From the NCBI GenBank assembly GCA_035711865.1, contig DASTBT010000004.1:6439-70438 (forward strand): a stretch of DNA of 64,000 bases, in the 5' to 3' direction. Below, piece after piece: positions 55,288 through 64,000 of the stretch (position 1 is its first letter; every line of letters starts with the position of its first letter). A program made the translations under genes and the position numbers. This DNA is from Actinomycetota bacterium (GTDB taxonomy: Bacteria; Actinomycetota; UBA4738; HRBIN12). The notes under the pieces are model-generated. The model did no database searches, had not been told where the DNA came from, and was given only the letters and a program-made list of their open reading frames with translations.

Positions 55288-57228
55288 CTACCGCGAGCGG
55301 CGAGCCACGTAGTCGCGCAGCACGAACTCGCCCACTCGCTCGTCGTCCATCAGGAAGACCCGCCCCTTCGTGAGGCGGGCGAGCCGCTCCATGAACCGGG
55401 CCAGGCCCTCGGATTCCTCGAGCATGAAGATGTTCAGGCGCACGTCGGCCTTCGCCAGGCGCAACGCCTCGGCGAGCGTGAGCTCGATCGTCTCGGGGAT
55501 CGGCGGCCACGAGAAGAAGGCCTGCTCGCCCTCGAGGTGCGCGGTCGGCTCGCCGTCGGTGACCATGATCACCTGGCGCGTCGCGCGCGGGTGTTGCGAG
55601 AGCAGCCGCCCCGCGAGCATGAAGGCGTGCTGCATGTTCGTGCCGTACACCCGTTCGAACCCGGGCGCCGTGAGGTCCTCGGGCCGCAGCCGTCGCGCGT
55701 AGTCGCTGAATCCGACCAGGTAGAGGGTGTCGTGCGGGTAGCGGCCCTCGATCAGGGCGTGCAGGGCGAGCGCCATCTTCTTCGCATGGATGAAGTGGCC
55801 ACGCAGCGGCATCGAGAACGACAGGTCGAGCAGCAGGGCGGTGGCGGTCTCGGTGCGTTGTTCGGCTTCGGCGATCTCGAAGTCGTCGGGGCGAAGCCGT
55901 ATCGGCTCACCGGGCTCTGTCCGCGAGACGGCGTTGAACACCGTGCGCTGCACCGCGAGACGGCCGTGATCGCCGAACTCCCACGGGCGCGTGGCTCCCG
56001 TGGGTTCGGCGAGACCCCCGGCGTCACGAGCCTCATGGCTTCCCTCTCGATCTCGCTGCAGGGCCTCGAAGATCCGCGTGAGGGCACGCTCTCCCAGCTG
56101 GCGAGCGCCGCGCGGGGTGACCTCCAGATGGCCGTGGCGGCGCTGTACGAGTCCCGCCTCCTCGAGCATCCGCTCGATCTCCTTGAGACGGCGCAGGTCG
56201 TGCGCCGCCGTGTCGCCGAGGGTTCGCCGGACGGCATCCTCGTCGACGTCGTCGAGCGAAGCGCCCGCGTAGTCGCCTCGCATCGCGCGGTCGAGATCTT
56301 CGTAGTCGTGCAGGCGCTCCATCGCGTCGACGGCGCCCGACATCGGCATGGCCTGCCCCTCGCCGAACCCCTGTTCGTACCCCTCGCCCCATGCCATACC
56401 GGGGAACGCCTCACGAAGGTTCGCGCCCAACCGGTCGACCTCGAACGCGAGGTCCATGTCCTGCATCACCTGCTCGGCGAGGCGAGCGAGCTCGTCGCGT
56501 TGCTCGGGCGAGAGCGATGCCATCAGGGCGCTCATCGCCGCCATGCGGCGCGCCATGTTCTCGAGCAACTCGTCGAGCGTCTTCGGATCGTCGGGGAACA
56601 GGTCGCCGTGGCGAGCCATGAAGTCCTCGAACGCCGGCTGCGTGTCCTTCCCCCGCTCGCGCATCTCGATCAGGCCGTTGAGCTCGGCGAGCATGTCCTT
56701 GAATCGAGCCAGATCCTCGGGCGTCATGTTCCGCATGCCCTCGGCCATCTGCCGGAAGTAGGAACCCATCACCTGCTCGCGGATGTGCTCCTGCAGCTCG
56801 TCGAACATGCGCTGGGCGGTCGGATCGACGAACCGATACTCCCGCAGCTCGCCGATCTGACCGGGCGCGTCGGGTGGCAACGCGTCGAGGAACCCTTCGC
56901 GCATGCGCGCGTCGTCGTCGTCGCGGAAGCTGAGCTCGGTTCGCTCGCGTTCGAGGATCTCCTCGAGGCGCTCCCGGACGTCCTCGAGCGGCCCCGTCAG
57001 GTCGAGCAGCTGCTCCTCGCGCTCGCGCTGCTGCCGCAGACGTTGCCGCAGCGCGTCCATGCCGGAGAACCGGCCCTGCATGCCGCGGCGAAGCAGGCGC
57101 TGCAGCGCGTGGTCGGCCCCGGCGCCCATCAGGATCTCGTCGGCCAGCTCGTCGAGCACGTCTGCCGCCGGCACGTCGGATCCGAACGGGTTCTGGGTGC
57201 CGTCCCACCGCGAGTAGCGGAAGCGCAT
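55288..57228 (-). CDS. von Willebrand factor A (VWA) domain protein with long acidic helical N-terminal region
   Basis: C-terminal VWA/MIDAS-like block (ALLLDLSFSMP…MVTDGEPTAH). The N-terminal ~400 aa is Glu/Asp/Arg-rich helical sequence. Confidence 0.75.
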   Translation of the reverse strand: MRFRYSRWDGTQNPFGSDVPAADVLDELADEILMGAGADHALQRLLRRGMQGRFSGMDALRQRLRQQREREEQLLDLTGPLEDVRERLEEILERERTELSFRDDDDARMREGFLDALPPDAPGQIGELREYRFVDPTAQRMFDELQEHIREQVMGSYFRQMAEGMRNMTPEDLARFKDMLAELNGLIEMRERGKDTQPAFEDFMARHGDLFPDDPKTLDELLENMARRMAAMSALMASLSPEQRDELARLAEQVMQDMDLAFEVDRLGANLREAFPGMAWGEGYEQGFGEGQAMPMSGAVDAMERLHDYEDLDRAMRGDYAGASLDDVDEDAVRRTLGDTAAHDLRRLKEIERMLEEAGLVQRRHGHLEVTPRGARQLGERALTRIFEALQRDREGSHEARDAGGLAEPTGATRPWEFGDHGRLAVQRTVFNAVSRTEPGEPIRLRPDDFEIAEAEQRTETATALLLDLSFSMPLRGHFIHAKKMALALHALIEGRYPHDTLYLVGFSDYARRLRPEDLTAPGFERVYGTNMQHAFMLAGRLLSQHPRATRQVIMVTDGEPTAHLEGEQAFFSWPPIPETIELTLAEALRLAKADVRLNIFMLEESEGLARFMERLARLTKGRVFLMDDERVGEFVLRDYVARRSR

Positions 57229-57267
57229 GCGTTCAGCGTACGCGCGCTCGCGCGGAAGGCCGTCGAC

Positions 57268-57657
57268 TCAGCCGATGCCGAGCCCGGTCATCAGGCCTCG
57301 GAGGGTCAACCCGAAGCAGATGAACGCGGCGAACGCGAACGGCAACCACGGCTGGATCGGTTTGGCGCCGGGCTGGGTCTTCTGCAGGTCCCGCGCGAGC
57401 GTGTGCGCGATGATCAGGATCACGATCGGTCCGAACCCATAGACGTAGTGGAGCCACTCGGTCGGCCTGCGCCCGAGCAGCAGCAGCACGATGCCGATCA
57501 GCGCCTGCAGTCCGGCCGCGACCTGGGCGACCGAGAGCCATCTCCAGTACAGCTCGCCCGGGCCGCGCCGCGCGACCCAGGCTCCCAGCGGCCAGAGCCA
57601 CCCGATCGCGAACAGCGCCACCACCGCGAACCCGACCCAGGTGTGGACCTCCGTCAT
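57268..57657 (-). CDS. small integral membrane protein (129 aa, 4 TM)
   Basis: Hydrophobic helices (WVGFAVVALFAIGWLW; VAAGLQALIGIVLLLLG; FGPIVILIIAHTLA; LPFAFAAFICFGLTL). Confidence 0.5.
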   Translation of the reverse strand: MTEVHTWVGFAVVALFAIGWLWPLGAWVARRGPGELYWRWLSVAQVAAGLQALIGIVLLLLGRRPTEWLHYVYGFGPIVILIIAHTLARDLQKTQPGAKPIQPWLPFAFAAFICFGLTLRGLMTGLGIG

Positions 57658-57685
57658 CGCGCCCGGATACTACGCGGCGCCCTGC

Positions 57686-59095
57686 TCAGGCGGCCTCGGG
57701 ACCCGAATACCGCGCGTTGCGGTCGCCGCCGTCCTTGTTCAGTCGGCGGGACAGGTGCAGGCCCTCGAGCGCGAACTCGAGCGCGCTCGCCGCGACGCCC
57801 GGGCTCTCCTCCTCGACGCCGAGACGATCGAGCAGCTTGGCGAGTCCGGGCAGGTCGCCGATCGCGCCGAGCAGGTCGCCGGCCGGTGTGAGCTCGCCGG
57901 TGTCGACCGCGAGGCCCTCGTCGAACCGCTCCAGCAACGGCGCGAAGTCATAGCCCGACAGACGGCGCCGGAACACCTCGAGCTCGGCGGTGCGGACCGC
58001 GCGCAGCAGGATCTCGGGCTCGCGGCCTTCCTCGATCGTGTCGAACTCGACCCGCCCCTCCGAGCTCATCAGCACCGCGGGAAGGTCGACCACGCGGGGC
58101 ACCGCTTCGGGCTCTCCGGTGCGCGCGGCTCGCCGGACCGCCGCGGCCTGCAGGGTCTCCAGGTTGCCGATCGAGTACCGCACGCTGATGCCGCTGCGAT
58201 GGTTCACGTGCTGGGACCGGCGCAGCTCGGCGGTGAGCGCGGCTACGACTTCCTTCATGAAGGTCGGCACGCGCACGGGCACGGCGCCGCTCGGCGACGT
58301 GGCCTCTTGATCCATGATGCGGATCTCTTCGCGGAGGGTCTCGGGGTAGTGAGTGCGGACCTGCGTGCCGAAGCGGTCCTTCAGCGGGGAGACGATGCGA
58401 CCGCGGTGCGTGTAGTCGTCCGGGTTCGCGGTCGCGACGAGCAACATGTCGAGCGGGAGCCTGATCCGGTACCCGCGGATCTGCACGTCGCGCTCCTCGA
58501 GGATGTTGAACAGCGAGACCTGGATGCGTTCGGGCAGGTCGGGGAGCTCGTTGATCGCGACGATGCCGCGATTCGTGCGCGGGATCAACCCGTAGTGGAT
58601 CGTGCCCTCGTCGCCGAGGTAACGGCCCTCGGCCACCTTGATCGGGTCGACGTCGCCGATCAGGTCGCCGACGCTCGTGTCGGGCGTCGCGAGCTTCTCC
58701 GCATACCGATCGTCGCGATGGATCCAGACGAGCGGGGTGTCTTCGCCGCGTTCCCCGACGAGGGCGCGGCCGTGCGCGCTGATCGGCCGGAACGGGTGAT
58801 CGTTCGTCTCCGTCCCCTCGATCGCCGGCGCAACCTCGTCGAGCAGCCCGACCAGCGCACGCACGAGGCGCGTCTTCGCCTGGCCACGTTCGCCCAGCAG
58901 GATCAGATCGTGGCCGGCGAGGATGCCGCGCTCGAGCGCCGGCAGCACGGAATCGTCGAAGCCGACGAGCCCGCGGAACATGTCCTCACCGGCGGCGAGC
59001 TTCTCGAGCAGGTTCTCGCGGAGCTCCTGTTTCACCGTGCGATCGAGGAAGCCGGACGCTCGCAGCGCGCCGAGGGTCATCGGGAGATCGGACAT
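57686..59095 (-). CDS. ChlI/BchI-like AAA+ ATPase (magnesium-chelatase-type) with deviant Walker A
   Basis: HDLILLGERGQAKTRLVRALVGLLDE aligns with the BchI P-loop region GDRGTGKS, here as GERGQAKT. Walker B is GIVAINELPDL. Arginine-finger region ATANPDDY…RFG. The upstream ~170 codons of the ORF were excluded. Confidence 0.7.
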   Translation of the reverse strand: MSDLPMTLGALRASGFLDRTVKQELRENLLEKLAAGEDMFRGLVGFDDSVLPALERGILAGHDLILLGERGQAKTRLVRALVGLLDEVAPAIEGTETNDHPFRPISAHGRALVGERGEDTPLVWIHRDDRYAEKLATPDTSVGDLIGDVDPIKVAEGRYLGDEGTIHYGLIPRTNRGIVAINELPDLPERIQVSLFNILEERDVQIRGYRIRLPLDMLLVATANPDDYTHRGRIVSPLKDRFGTQVRTHYPETLREEIRIMDQEATSPSGAVPVRVPTFMKEVVAALTAELRRSQHVNHRSGISVRYSIGNLETLQAAAVRRAARTGEPEAVPRVVDLPAVLMSSEGRVEFDTIEEGREPEILLRAVRTAELEVFRRRLSGYDFAPLLERFDEGLAVDTGELTPAGDLLGAIGDLPGLAKLLDRLGVEEESPGVAASALEFALEGLHLSRRLNKDGGDRNARYSGPEAA

Positions 59096-59141
59096 CACGA
59101 CCAGCGTAGCTCCAACCAGCGATACGGCCGGCGCCGGGCGA

Positions 59142-59552
59142 TCAGCGCGTGCCGCGAGCCGCCATGTCGCCGCCGCCGAGCGCCTTCGCGAGCTGCAGGG
59201 GCGTGCGACCGTCGTGGTTCTCGTGGTTGGGGTCGGCTCCGTGTCCGAGCAGGAGCTGCACGATCGCTCCTTCGCCTCGGGTGCGCAGCGTCGCGCACCA
59301 CAGCGGCGTGTTGCCGTCCACGTCCTCGTCATCGACCGGCGCGCCGTTCGCCAGCAGCAGCTCGGCCACGGCCACGGAGCACCCCTGGGCAGCGTAGTGA
59401 AGGGGTGTCTGGCCGTCGTGGTCGTCGATACGGACGTCGCTGCCCGTATCGACCAGCTCCCGTGCGCGATGGAGGTCACCGAACAGCGACGCGTAGTGCA
59501 ACGGCACTCGGCCCGACACGTCTGCGGGCGGCCGATCGTCAACCAGAGCCAT
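59142..59552 (-). CDS. ankyrin repeat protein (136 aa, ~3 repeats)
   Basis: Repeats GRVPLHYASLFGDLHRARELVDTGSDV / DGQTPLHYAAQGCSVAVAELLLANGAPV / DGNTPLWCA…IVQLLLGHGADPN / DGRTPLQLA. Confidence 0.75.
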   Translation of the reverse strand: MALVDDRPPADVSGRVPLHYASLFGDLHRARELVDTGSDVRIDDHDGQTPLHYAAQGCSVAVAELLLANGAPVDDEDVDGNTPLWCATLRTRGEGAIVQLLLGHGADPNHENHDGRTPLQLAKALGGGDMAARGTR

Positions 59553-59634
59553 AGGGTCCGTATCGGCGGCGCGGCCTCCGCGCTGAAATGCATCCTCACC
59601 CGATCTGTCCCACGCCGCTGGTAGCGTCGCCTGC

Positions 59635-61581
59635 ATGGCAGGAGGGGACGTCCCGCTCGCCGGGCTGAACCACGCCCAGCGGCAGGCAGCGGAAGCCGTC
59701 CGTGGTCCGGTCGCGATCCTCGCGGGCGCAGGCACCGGCAAGACCACCACGATCACGAACCGCATCGCCCATCAGGTGCAGGTAGGGGCCTTCGAGGCGT
59801 CGAAGGTGCTCGCGGTCACGTTCACCGAGAAGGCGGCGGGCGAGCTGAAGCGACGGCTCGCTCGACTCGGCGTCGAGGGTGTCGAGGCGCGCACGTTCCA
59901 CGCGTCGGCCCTGCGGCAGCTCGGCACGCTCTGGCCCAGGTACACGGGGCGCGAACTTCCCGAGGTGCTCAACGCCAAGGCGCAGATCCTGAACCCGATC
60001 GCGAACGGGCTTCCCGGCGCGTACCGATTCCTGCCTCGACGCGAGCTGGCCGGCGAGATCGAGTGGGCGAAGAATCGCCTCGTGGACCCCGCGGGCTACC
60101 TCGAGGCGATCGAGGCGGCAGGCCGCACTCCCCCGCTTCCCCCCGACCTGATGCAGCGCTCGTTCATGGCCTACGAGCGAACGAAAGGCGACCGCCGCAT
60201 GGACTTCGAGGACATGCTGCTGATGCTGGTGCGCCTGTTTCGCGACGAACCCGAAGCCGCGCGGCTCGTGCACGATCGGTTCCACGCGTTCACGGTCGAC
60301 GAGTACCAGGACGTGAATCCGTTGCAGCAGGCCTTGCTCGACCGGTGGCTCGGGGGACGCGACGAGCTCTGCGTCGTCGGCGACGACTACCAGACGATCT
60401 ACACGTTCACGGGTGCCTCCCCCGAGCACCTGCTGACGTTCTCCGACCGGTACCCTCACGCGACCGTCGTCCGTCTCGAGGAGAACTACCGCTCCTCGCC
60501 GCAGGTGCTCACGGTCGCGAACGCGCTCGCCCGCTCCCTGGGTGGGTTCGACAAGACGCTCCGCGCGACCCGAGGCGACGGTCCGAACCCGACCGCGCGC
60601 GCCCTGTCCGACGCCGACGCCGAGGTCGCGTTCGTCGTCGACGAGACGCGCCGCCTGCACGACGCCGGCGTGTCGTGGGAGCAGATCGCCGTGCTCTACC
60701 GCATCAACGCCCGATCCGAGGCATACGAGGAAGCCTTCGCCGCAGCGGGTGTGCCGTACCAGGTGCGAGACGGGTCCTTCCTGCGCCGGCCCGGCCCGCG
60801 CGGCGTGATCGCGCGGATGCGCCGGGCCGAGGACGGCGAGCACGACGTCGCCGGGGTGGTCGAGGCGATCACCGATCGGATCGGGTTCATGCTCGGCGGC
60901 CTCGGCGACGACGTCGGTGACGAGGAGGCCACACGCCAGGCCGACCTCGGGCGCCTGCGCGCGCTCGCGGCCGAATACGCCGACGCGGCCGGGCTCGATG
61001 CGACCATCGCCGGGTTCCTGATGGAGCTCGAGCAACGGTTCGCGGCCGAGCGCGAAGGGCGCGGCGTGCAGCTCATGACGTTCCACCGAGCGAAGGGGCT
61101 CGAGTTCGACGCGGTGTTCCTGCCCAGGCTGCTCGACGGGGAGCTTCCCTACCGGGCGCGCAGGTCCGAGGCCGACCCCGACGAGGAGCGGCGCCTGCTG
61201 TACGTGGGCATCACGCGTGCACGCGAGCACCTGTTCCTGTCGTGGCCGCGCGAACCGCGCACGGCGCCGAGCCTGTTTCTCCGCGAGATCGGTGTGGTGA
61301 AGACCGAGTCGAGGCGGGCACCTGCCGCACGGTCGAAGCGCGCGCCTATCGCGGCCGCGGGTGGCGGCGAGCACCTGTTCGATCGCTTGAAGGAGTGGCG
61401 CCGGTCACGCGCTTCCACCGACGGCGTGCCCGCGTACGTGGTCTTCCACGACGCGACGCTCGCCGAGATCGCCGAGCGGAAGCCACGGGACTGGGCCGAT
61501 CTGGCCGGCGTGCCGGGGGTCGGTCCGGCCAAGCTCGATCGCTACGCCGACGAAGTGCTCGCGATCGTGGCCGCCCACTAG
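59635..61581 (+). CDS. UvrD/PcrA-family ATP-dependent DNA helicase with C-terminal HRDC domain (UvrD2-like)
   Basis: AGAGTGKTTT (Walker A); TFTEKAAGEL; DEYQDVN; VVGDDYQTIY; C-terminal HRDC-like LFDRLKEWR…VFHDATLAEIAERKP. Confidence 0.85.
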   Translation: MAGGDVPLAGLNHAQRQAAEAVRGPVAILAGAGTGKTTTITNRIAHQVQVGAFEASKVLAVTFTEKAAGELKRRLARLGVEGVEARTFHASALRQLGTLWPRYTGRELPEVLNAKAQILNPIANGLPGAYRFLPRRELAGEIEWAKNRLVDPAGYLEAIEAAGRTPPLPPDLMQRSFMAYERTKGDRRMDFEDMLLMLVRLFRDEPEAARLVHDRFHAFTVDEYQDVNPLQQALLDRWLGGRDELCVVGDDYQTIYTFTGASPEHLLTFSDRYPHATVVRLEENYRSSPQVLTVANALARSLGGFDKTLRATRGDGPNPTARALSDADAEVAFVVDETRRLHDAGVSWEQIAVLYRINARSEAYEEAFAAAGVPYQVRDGSFLRRPGPRGVIARMRRAEDGEHDVAGVVEAITDRIGFMLGGLGDDVGDEEATRQADLGRLRALAAEYADAAGLDATIAGFLMELEQRFAAEREGRGVQLMTFHRAKGLEFDAVFLPRLLDGELPYRARRSEADPDEERRLLYVGITRAREHLFLSWPREPRTAPSLFLREIGVVKTESRRAPAARSKRAPIAAAGGGEHLFDRLKEWRRSRASTDGVPAYVVFHDATLAEIAERKPRDWADLAGVPGVGPAKLDRYADEVLAIVAAH

Positions 61582-61596
61582 TCTTAGCTGGACTAG
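61578..61596. terminator. short AT-rich palindrome CTAGTC-ttagctg-GACTAG shared by two convergent genes (both stop codons lie in the arms)
   Basis: 6-bp stem and 7-nt loop. The TAG of uvrD2 (61579-61581) and the TAG of the minus-strand membrane gene (61593-61595) are parts of the two arms. The local AT-rich sequence (ctagttatcgaa) is unusual for this window. Confidence 0.3.
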
Positions 61597-62339
61597 TTAT
61601 CGAAGATGCGCGAGGCGAGCAAGGCGCCGGCCACGAGCGGCACCGCGACCGACAGCAGCCTGAGCGCCCCCTCGGGGGCGGCCCGCAACGAGCCCGCGTC
61701 GAGCGGCTCACGGGCTCCGTCGTCGAGCTCGAGCTCGCCGTGAACCCCCACGACGTGCCGCCGCAGCCGGCGCACCGGCGTCGACAGCACCCGCTGCGCC
61801 GCACTCATCACGGCGCACGCGGCGGCGGCGACGACCGCGGCCACGCTCAACGATCCGGTCTGAGCGAAGGAGGCGGTCAACACGGGGAATCCGCCCCAGG
61901 CGAGGGCGAACCACCGATCGGAATGGAACGCGCCCCCGAACAGCTCGAGGTTGTACGCCACGACCAGGAACACCCCAGCGCCGATGAACACCCCGATCCA
62001 GGGTGAAACCTTCACCATGCCGTCGATGCCGAGCGCGACCGCTCCCGCGAGCCCGGCGACCGCGACACCCACGAGCACGCCGCCGGAGATGCGCGTGCCG
62101 AGCGGTCTGCCGTTCAGCTCGTCGAGCGCGTGCGCGGCGAGCCCCATCGCGAGGAAGAACGCCAGCAGCGTTTCGCCGAGCCATCGCAGATTCACATCGG
62201 GGGCGAGCGACGCGCCGATCACGACGTACGAGAGGTGCCAGACCGTGTACGGCGGGTGGAGCAGGGTCCACCAGTCGCGCCACCCGCCGGGCGCGAGCGC
62301 GTAGAACGCCGGGCGTCCGGGGCCAGCCCCCTCAGCCAC
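61593..62339 (-). CDS. hypothetical integral membrane protein (7-8 TM)
   Basis: Strongly hydrophobic, protein-like translation (…WHLSYVVIGASLAP…LLAFFLAMGLAAHALDELNGRPLG…). I recognised no family. Confidence 0.5.
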   Translation of the reverse strand: MAEGAGPGRPAFYALAPGGWRDWWTLLHPPYTVWHLSYVVIGASLAPDVNLRWLGETLLAFFLAMGLAAHALDELNGRPLGTRISGGVLVGVAVAGLAGAVALGIDGMVKVSPWIGVFIGAGVFLVVAYNLELFGGAFHSDRWFALAWGGFPVLTASFAQTGSLSVAAVVAAAACAVMSAAQRVLSTPVRRLRRHVVGVHGELELDDGAREPLDAGSLRAAPEGALRLLSVAVPLVAGALLASRIFDN

Positions 62340-63057
62340 CGCGCCGCCCCTCCTTCACGCCCCAGATCACGACGGCCGCCCCGAACGTGAGCTCACGAGA
62401 TCGCACATGCCGGATCCCCGCTTCCTGCCACCACCGCACCTGCTCGGCGAGCGGCGCTCGCGCTTCGAGCCGGCTGATGCTCGGGCCGAGGAACACCCCG
62501 GTGCGACGCCACTGCGGCGAGACGAACGAGCCGAGCACCGGCAGCATGCCCCGCGTGTACGCGTACCAGCCCGCCCGCACCAGCGGTTGCTGGGGCACGT
62601 GGAACTCGAGCGAGGCGATGGCCCCCCCGGGCCGCACCACCCGCGCCAGCTCACGCAGCGTCGCGGCCGGATCGTCGACGTAGCGCACGAGGTAGGTGAA
62701 CGTGAGGGCGTCGAACGCACCGTCCGGGAACGGCAAGGCCTCGGCCCGGCCGAGCACCGGGTCGATCCGGTCGGCCAGGCCGGCTTCCTCATCGGCCGGC
62801 AACCCCGCTCGCAGCATGCTTTCGCTTGGGTCGAGCGAGACGACGTTGACGCGGAGCCTCGCCGCGAGCTCGCGGGAGACCAGCCCGGTGCCGGCGGCCA
62901 CGTCGAGCACCAGCGACCCCGGCACCGCGCCGAGCTTGGCGACCATGAAGCGGCGCCAACGGGGGTCCTGCCCGAACGACACGACGGACCCGGCCCAGGA
63001 ATACTGCGGCGCGATGCCCGAGAACAGCTCCGGCGCGGCGTGGCGATCGGATGCCAC
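62332..63057 (-). CDS. class I SAM-dependent methyltransferase (UbiE/MenG-like)
   Basis: VLDVAAGTGLVSRELA (motif I); ALPFPDGAFDALTFTYLVRYVDD (post I/II). Confidence 0.75.
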   Translation of the reverse strand: MASDRHAAPELFSGIAPQYSWAGSVVSFGQDPRWRRFMVAKLGAVPGSLVLDVAAGTGLVSRELAARLRVNVVSLDPSESMLRAGLPADEEAGLADRIDPVLGRAEALPFPDGAFDALTFTYLVRYVDDPAATLRELARVVRPGGAIASLEFHVPQQPLVRAGWYAYTRGMLPVLGSFVSPQWRRTGVFLGPSISRLEARAPLAEQVRWWQEAGIRHVRSRELTFGAAVVIWGVKEGRRGG

Positions 63058-63060
63058 GGA

Positions 63061-63846
63061 TCAGCCCCCGAGGCCAAGCAGCGCCGGCACGTCGGCGAGG
63101 GAATTCACGACGGCATCGGGCGCGCCGCGTTCGACGTCGGCGGGCCGGAACTTCCCCGTGCGCACGAGCACGCCCACGATGCCGACCTCCCGGGCGCCGC
63201 CGACGTCGTTCACGACGTCGTCCCCCACCATCGCGGCGCGGCCCGGCTGCACACCGAGCTCCCCGAGCGCCGCCTCGAAGTACGTCGTCGCGGGCTTCCC
63301 GCACACGACCGGCGACACGCCCGATGCGGCCTCCAGGCCAGCGACGAACGCGCCACCGTCGAGCTGCAGCCCGTCCGTCGTGCGCCAGTAGAGGTTCCGG
63401 TGCATCGCGACGAAGGCAGCTCCTTCGTTCAACCGGCGGAACACGCGGTTCATCGTGTCGTAGGAGAAGTCGTCGCATCCGCCGCCGACCACCACGACCT
63501 CAGCGTCGTCGACGTTCACGAGCTCGACGCCGGTGAGGTCGGGGCGGGGGTCACCGTCGCTCAGCACGAACACCTTCGCCCCCGGGTGCCGTGACTGGAG
63601 GTGAGCCGCGGTGGCCGTGACGGCCGTGACGATCTCGTCGGGTGTGAAGTCGAACCCGGCCCCGCGCAGCGTCTCGGCCAGCCCCGAGCGCGTATGCGTC
63701 GTGGTGTTCGTGAGCAGCCGGAACGGCATGCCCGCGGCGCGGAGCGCGGCAACCGCCTCGACCGATCCGGGCAGGGCGACCCACGACGTGACCAGCACCC
63801 CGTCGATGTCGAGCAGCACGGCGTCGACGTCGAGCGCGGCGGTCAT
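63061..63846 (-). CDS. HAD-superfamily hydrolase, subfamily IIA
   Basis: VLLDIDGVL (motif I DxDG); LTNTTT (motif II); GKP…MVGDDVVNDV (motifs III/IV). Confidence 0.8.
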   Translation of the reverse strand: MTAALDVDAVLLDIDGVLVTSWVALPGSVEAVAALRAAGMPFRLLTNTTTHTRSGLAETLRGAGFDFTPDEIVTAVTATAAHLQSRHPGAKVFVLSDGDPRPDLTGVELVNVDDAEVVVVGGGCDDFSYDTMNRVFRRLNEGAAFVAMHRNLYWRTTDGLQLDGGAFVAGLEAASGVSPVVCGKPATTYFEAALGELGVQPGRAAMVGDDVVNDVGGAREVGIVGVLVRTGKFRPADVERGAPDAVVNSLADVPALLGLGG

Positions 63847-63882
63847 GCGCGAAGTCTGCCACGAGCAGAACGCCCCTCGCCC

Positions 63883-64000
63883 TTACAAGCGGATGCCGGC
63901 GCGCTTGCGCGCCTCGGCGAGATCGGACCCGGGATCGACGCCGCGGCGCCGCAGCATGTGGTCCGTATAGGGCGCGATGAACCGATACCTCGCGGGAAGC
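63883..64000 (-). CDS. 3' end of an unidentified gene (C-terminal 38 codons in window)
   Basis: The minus-strand frame reads …LPARYRFIAPYTDHMLRRRGVDPGSDLAEARKRAGIRL* and ends at TAA 63883-63885. I cannot assign a family from so short a stretch. Confidence 0.25.
   Translation of the reverse strand, partial: LPARYRFIAPYTDHMLRRRGVDPGSDLAEARKRAGIRL

Noticed and set aside
54667-57891. 1074-aa ORF on the plus strand across the VWA/ATPase region, and similar antisense giants (16289-17719, 19339-20805, 44526-45890, 59596-61374)
   Set aside because: Each is the antisense or off-frame shadow of a gene with clear family motifs. Their composition is dominated by R/G/P/A/H/D with no hydrophobic cores or motifs.
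1-64000. CRISPR arrays, tRNA or rRNA genes
   Set aside because: No short regularly spaced direct repeats and no cloverleaf-like or rRNA-like conserved stretches were seen. The only sizeable repeat is the ~207-bp pair at 11180/11848.

Overview
This is a very GC-rich chromosomal segment (third codon positions almost always G/C), typical of an actinobacterial-type genome. Almost every position carries long Arg/Pro/Gly-rich ORFs on the antisense strand or in alternate frames; I treated those as artefacts. Genes were called only where the translation showed family motifs, transmembrane/signal-peptide character, or tight operon structure (overlapping stop/start codons).

Call-outs:
- A divergent pair of secreted alkaline-phosphatase-superfamily phosphodiesterases sits next to a DUF318 permease and its TIGR03943/DUF1980 partner.
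- A complete zinc-uptake operon, znuA-znuC-znuB-zur, lies on the minus strand.
- A ~460-bp lower-GC insertion carrying the C-terminal remnant of a tyrosine integrase is flanked by ~207-bp imperfect direct repeats built from the 3' ends of the convergent M23-peptidase and zur genes. I read this as the scar of an integrative element.
- A GntR(HutC-like)-aldolase-Zn-alcohol dehydrogenase-FGGY kinase sugar/polyol operon sits beside a same-strand cluster whose six enzyme genes run in mirrored order (APC permease, then GS-like, GATase1, aminotransferase, GATase1, aminotransferase, GS-like). This looks like a gamma-glutamylation-type amine catabolic pathway. The two clusters are linked by two TTTGTC-N-GACAAA palindromes.
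- There is an EtfB-EtfA-EtfD(membrane Fe-S)/acyl-CoA dehydrogenase/MaoC cluster and a dipeptide-type ABC transporter.
- A minus-strand cluster runs ankyrin-repeat protein, ChlI-like AAA+ ATPase (deviant P-loop), small membrane protein, 646-aa VWA protein, secreted protein.
- Other oddities: a 1219-aa ORF fusing a glycosyltransferase-C (GT-C)-like polytopic membrane domain to an MFS transporter; a YibE/F gene broken by at least two frameshifts; a CDP-alcohol phosphatidyltransferase-Rieske-TrpB2 operon; and a GATase1 N-terminal gene fragment.

No rRNA, tRNA or CRISPR array was recognised.
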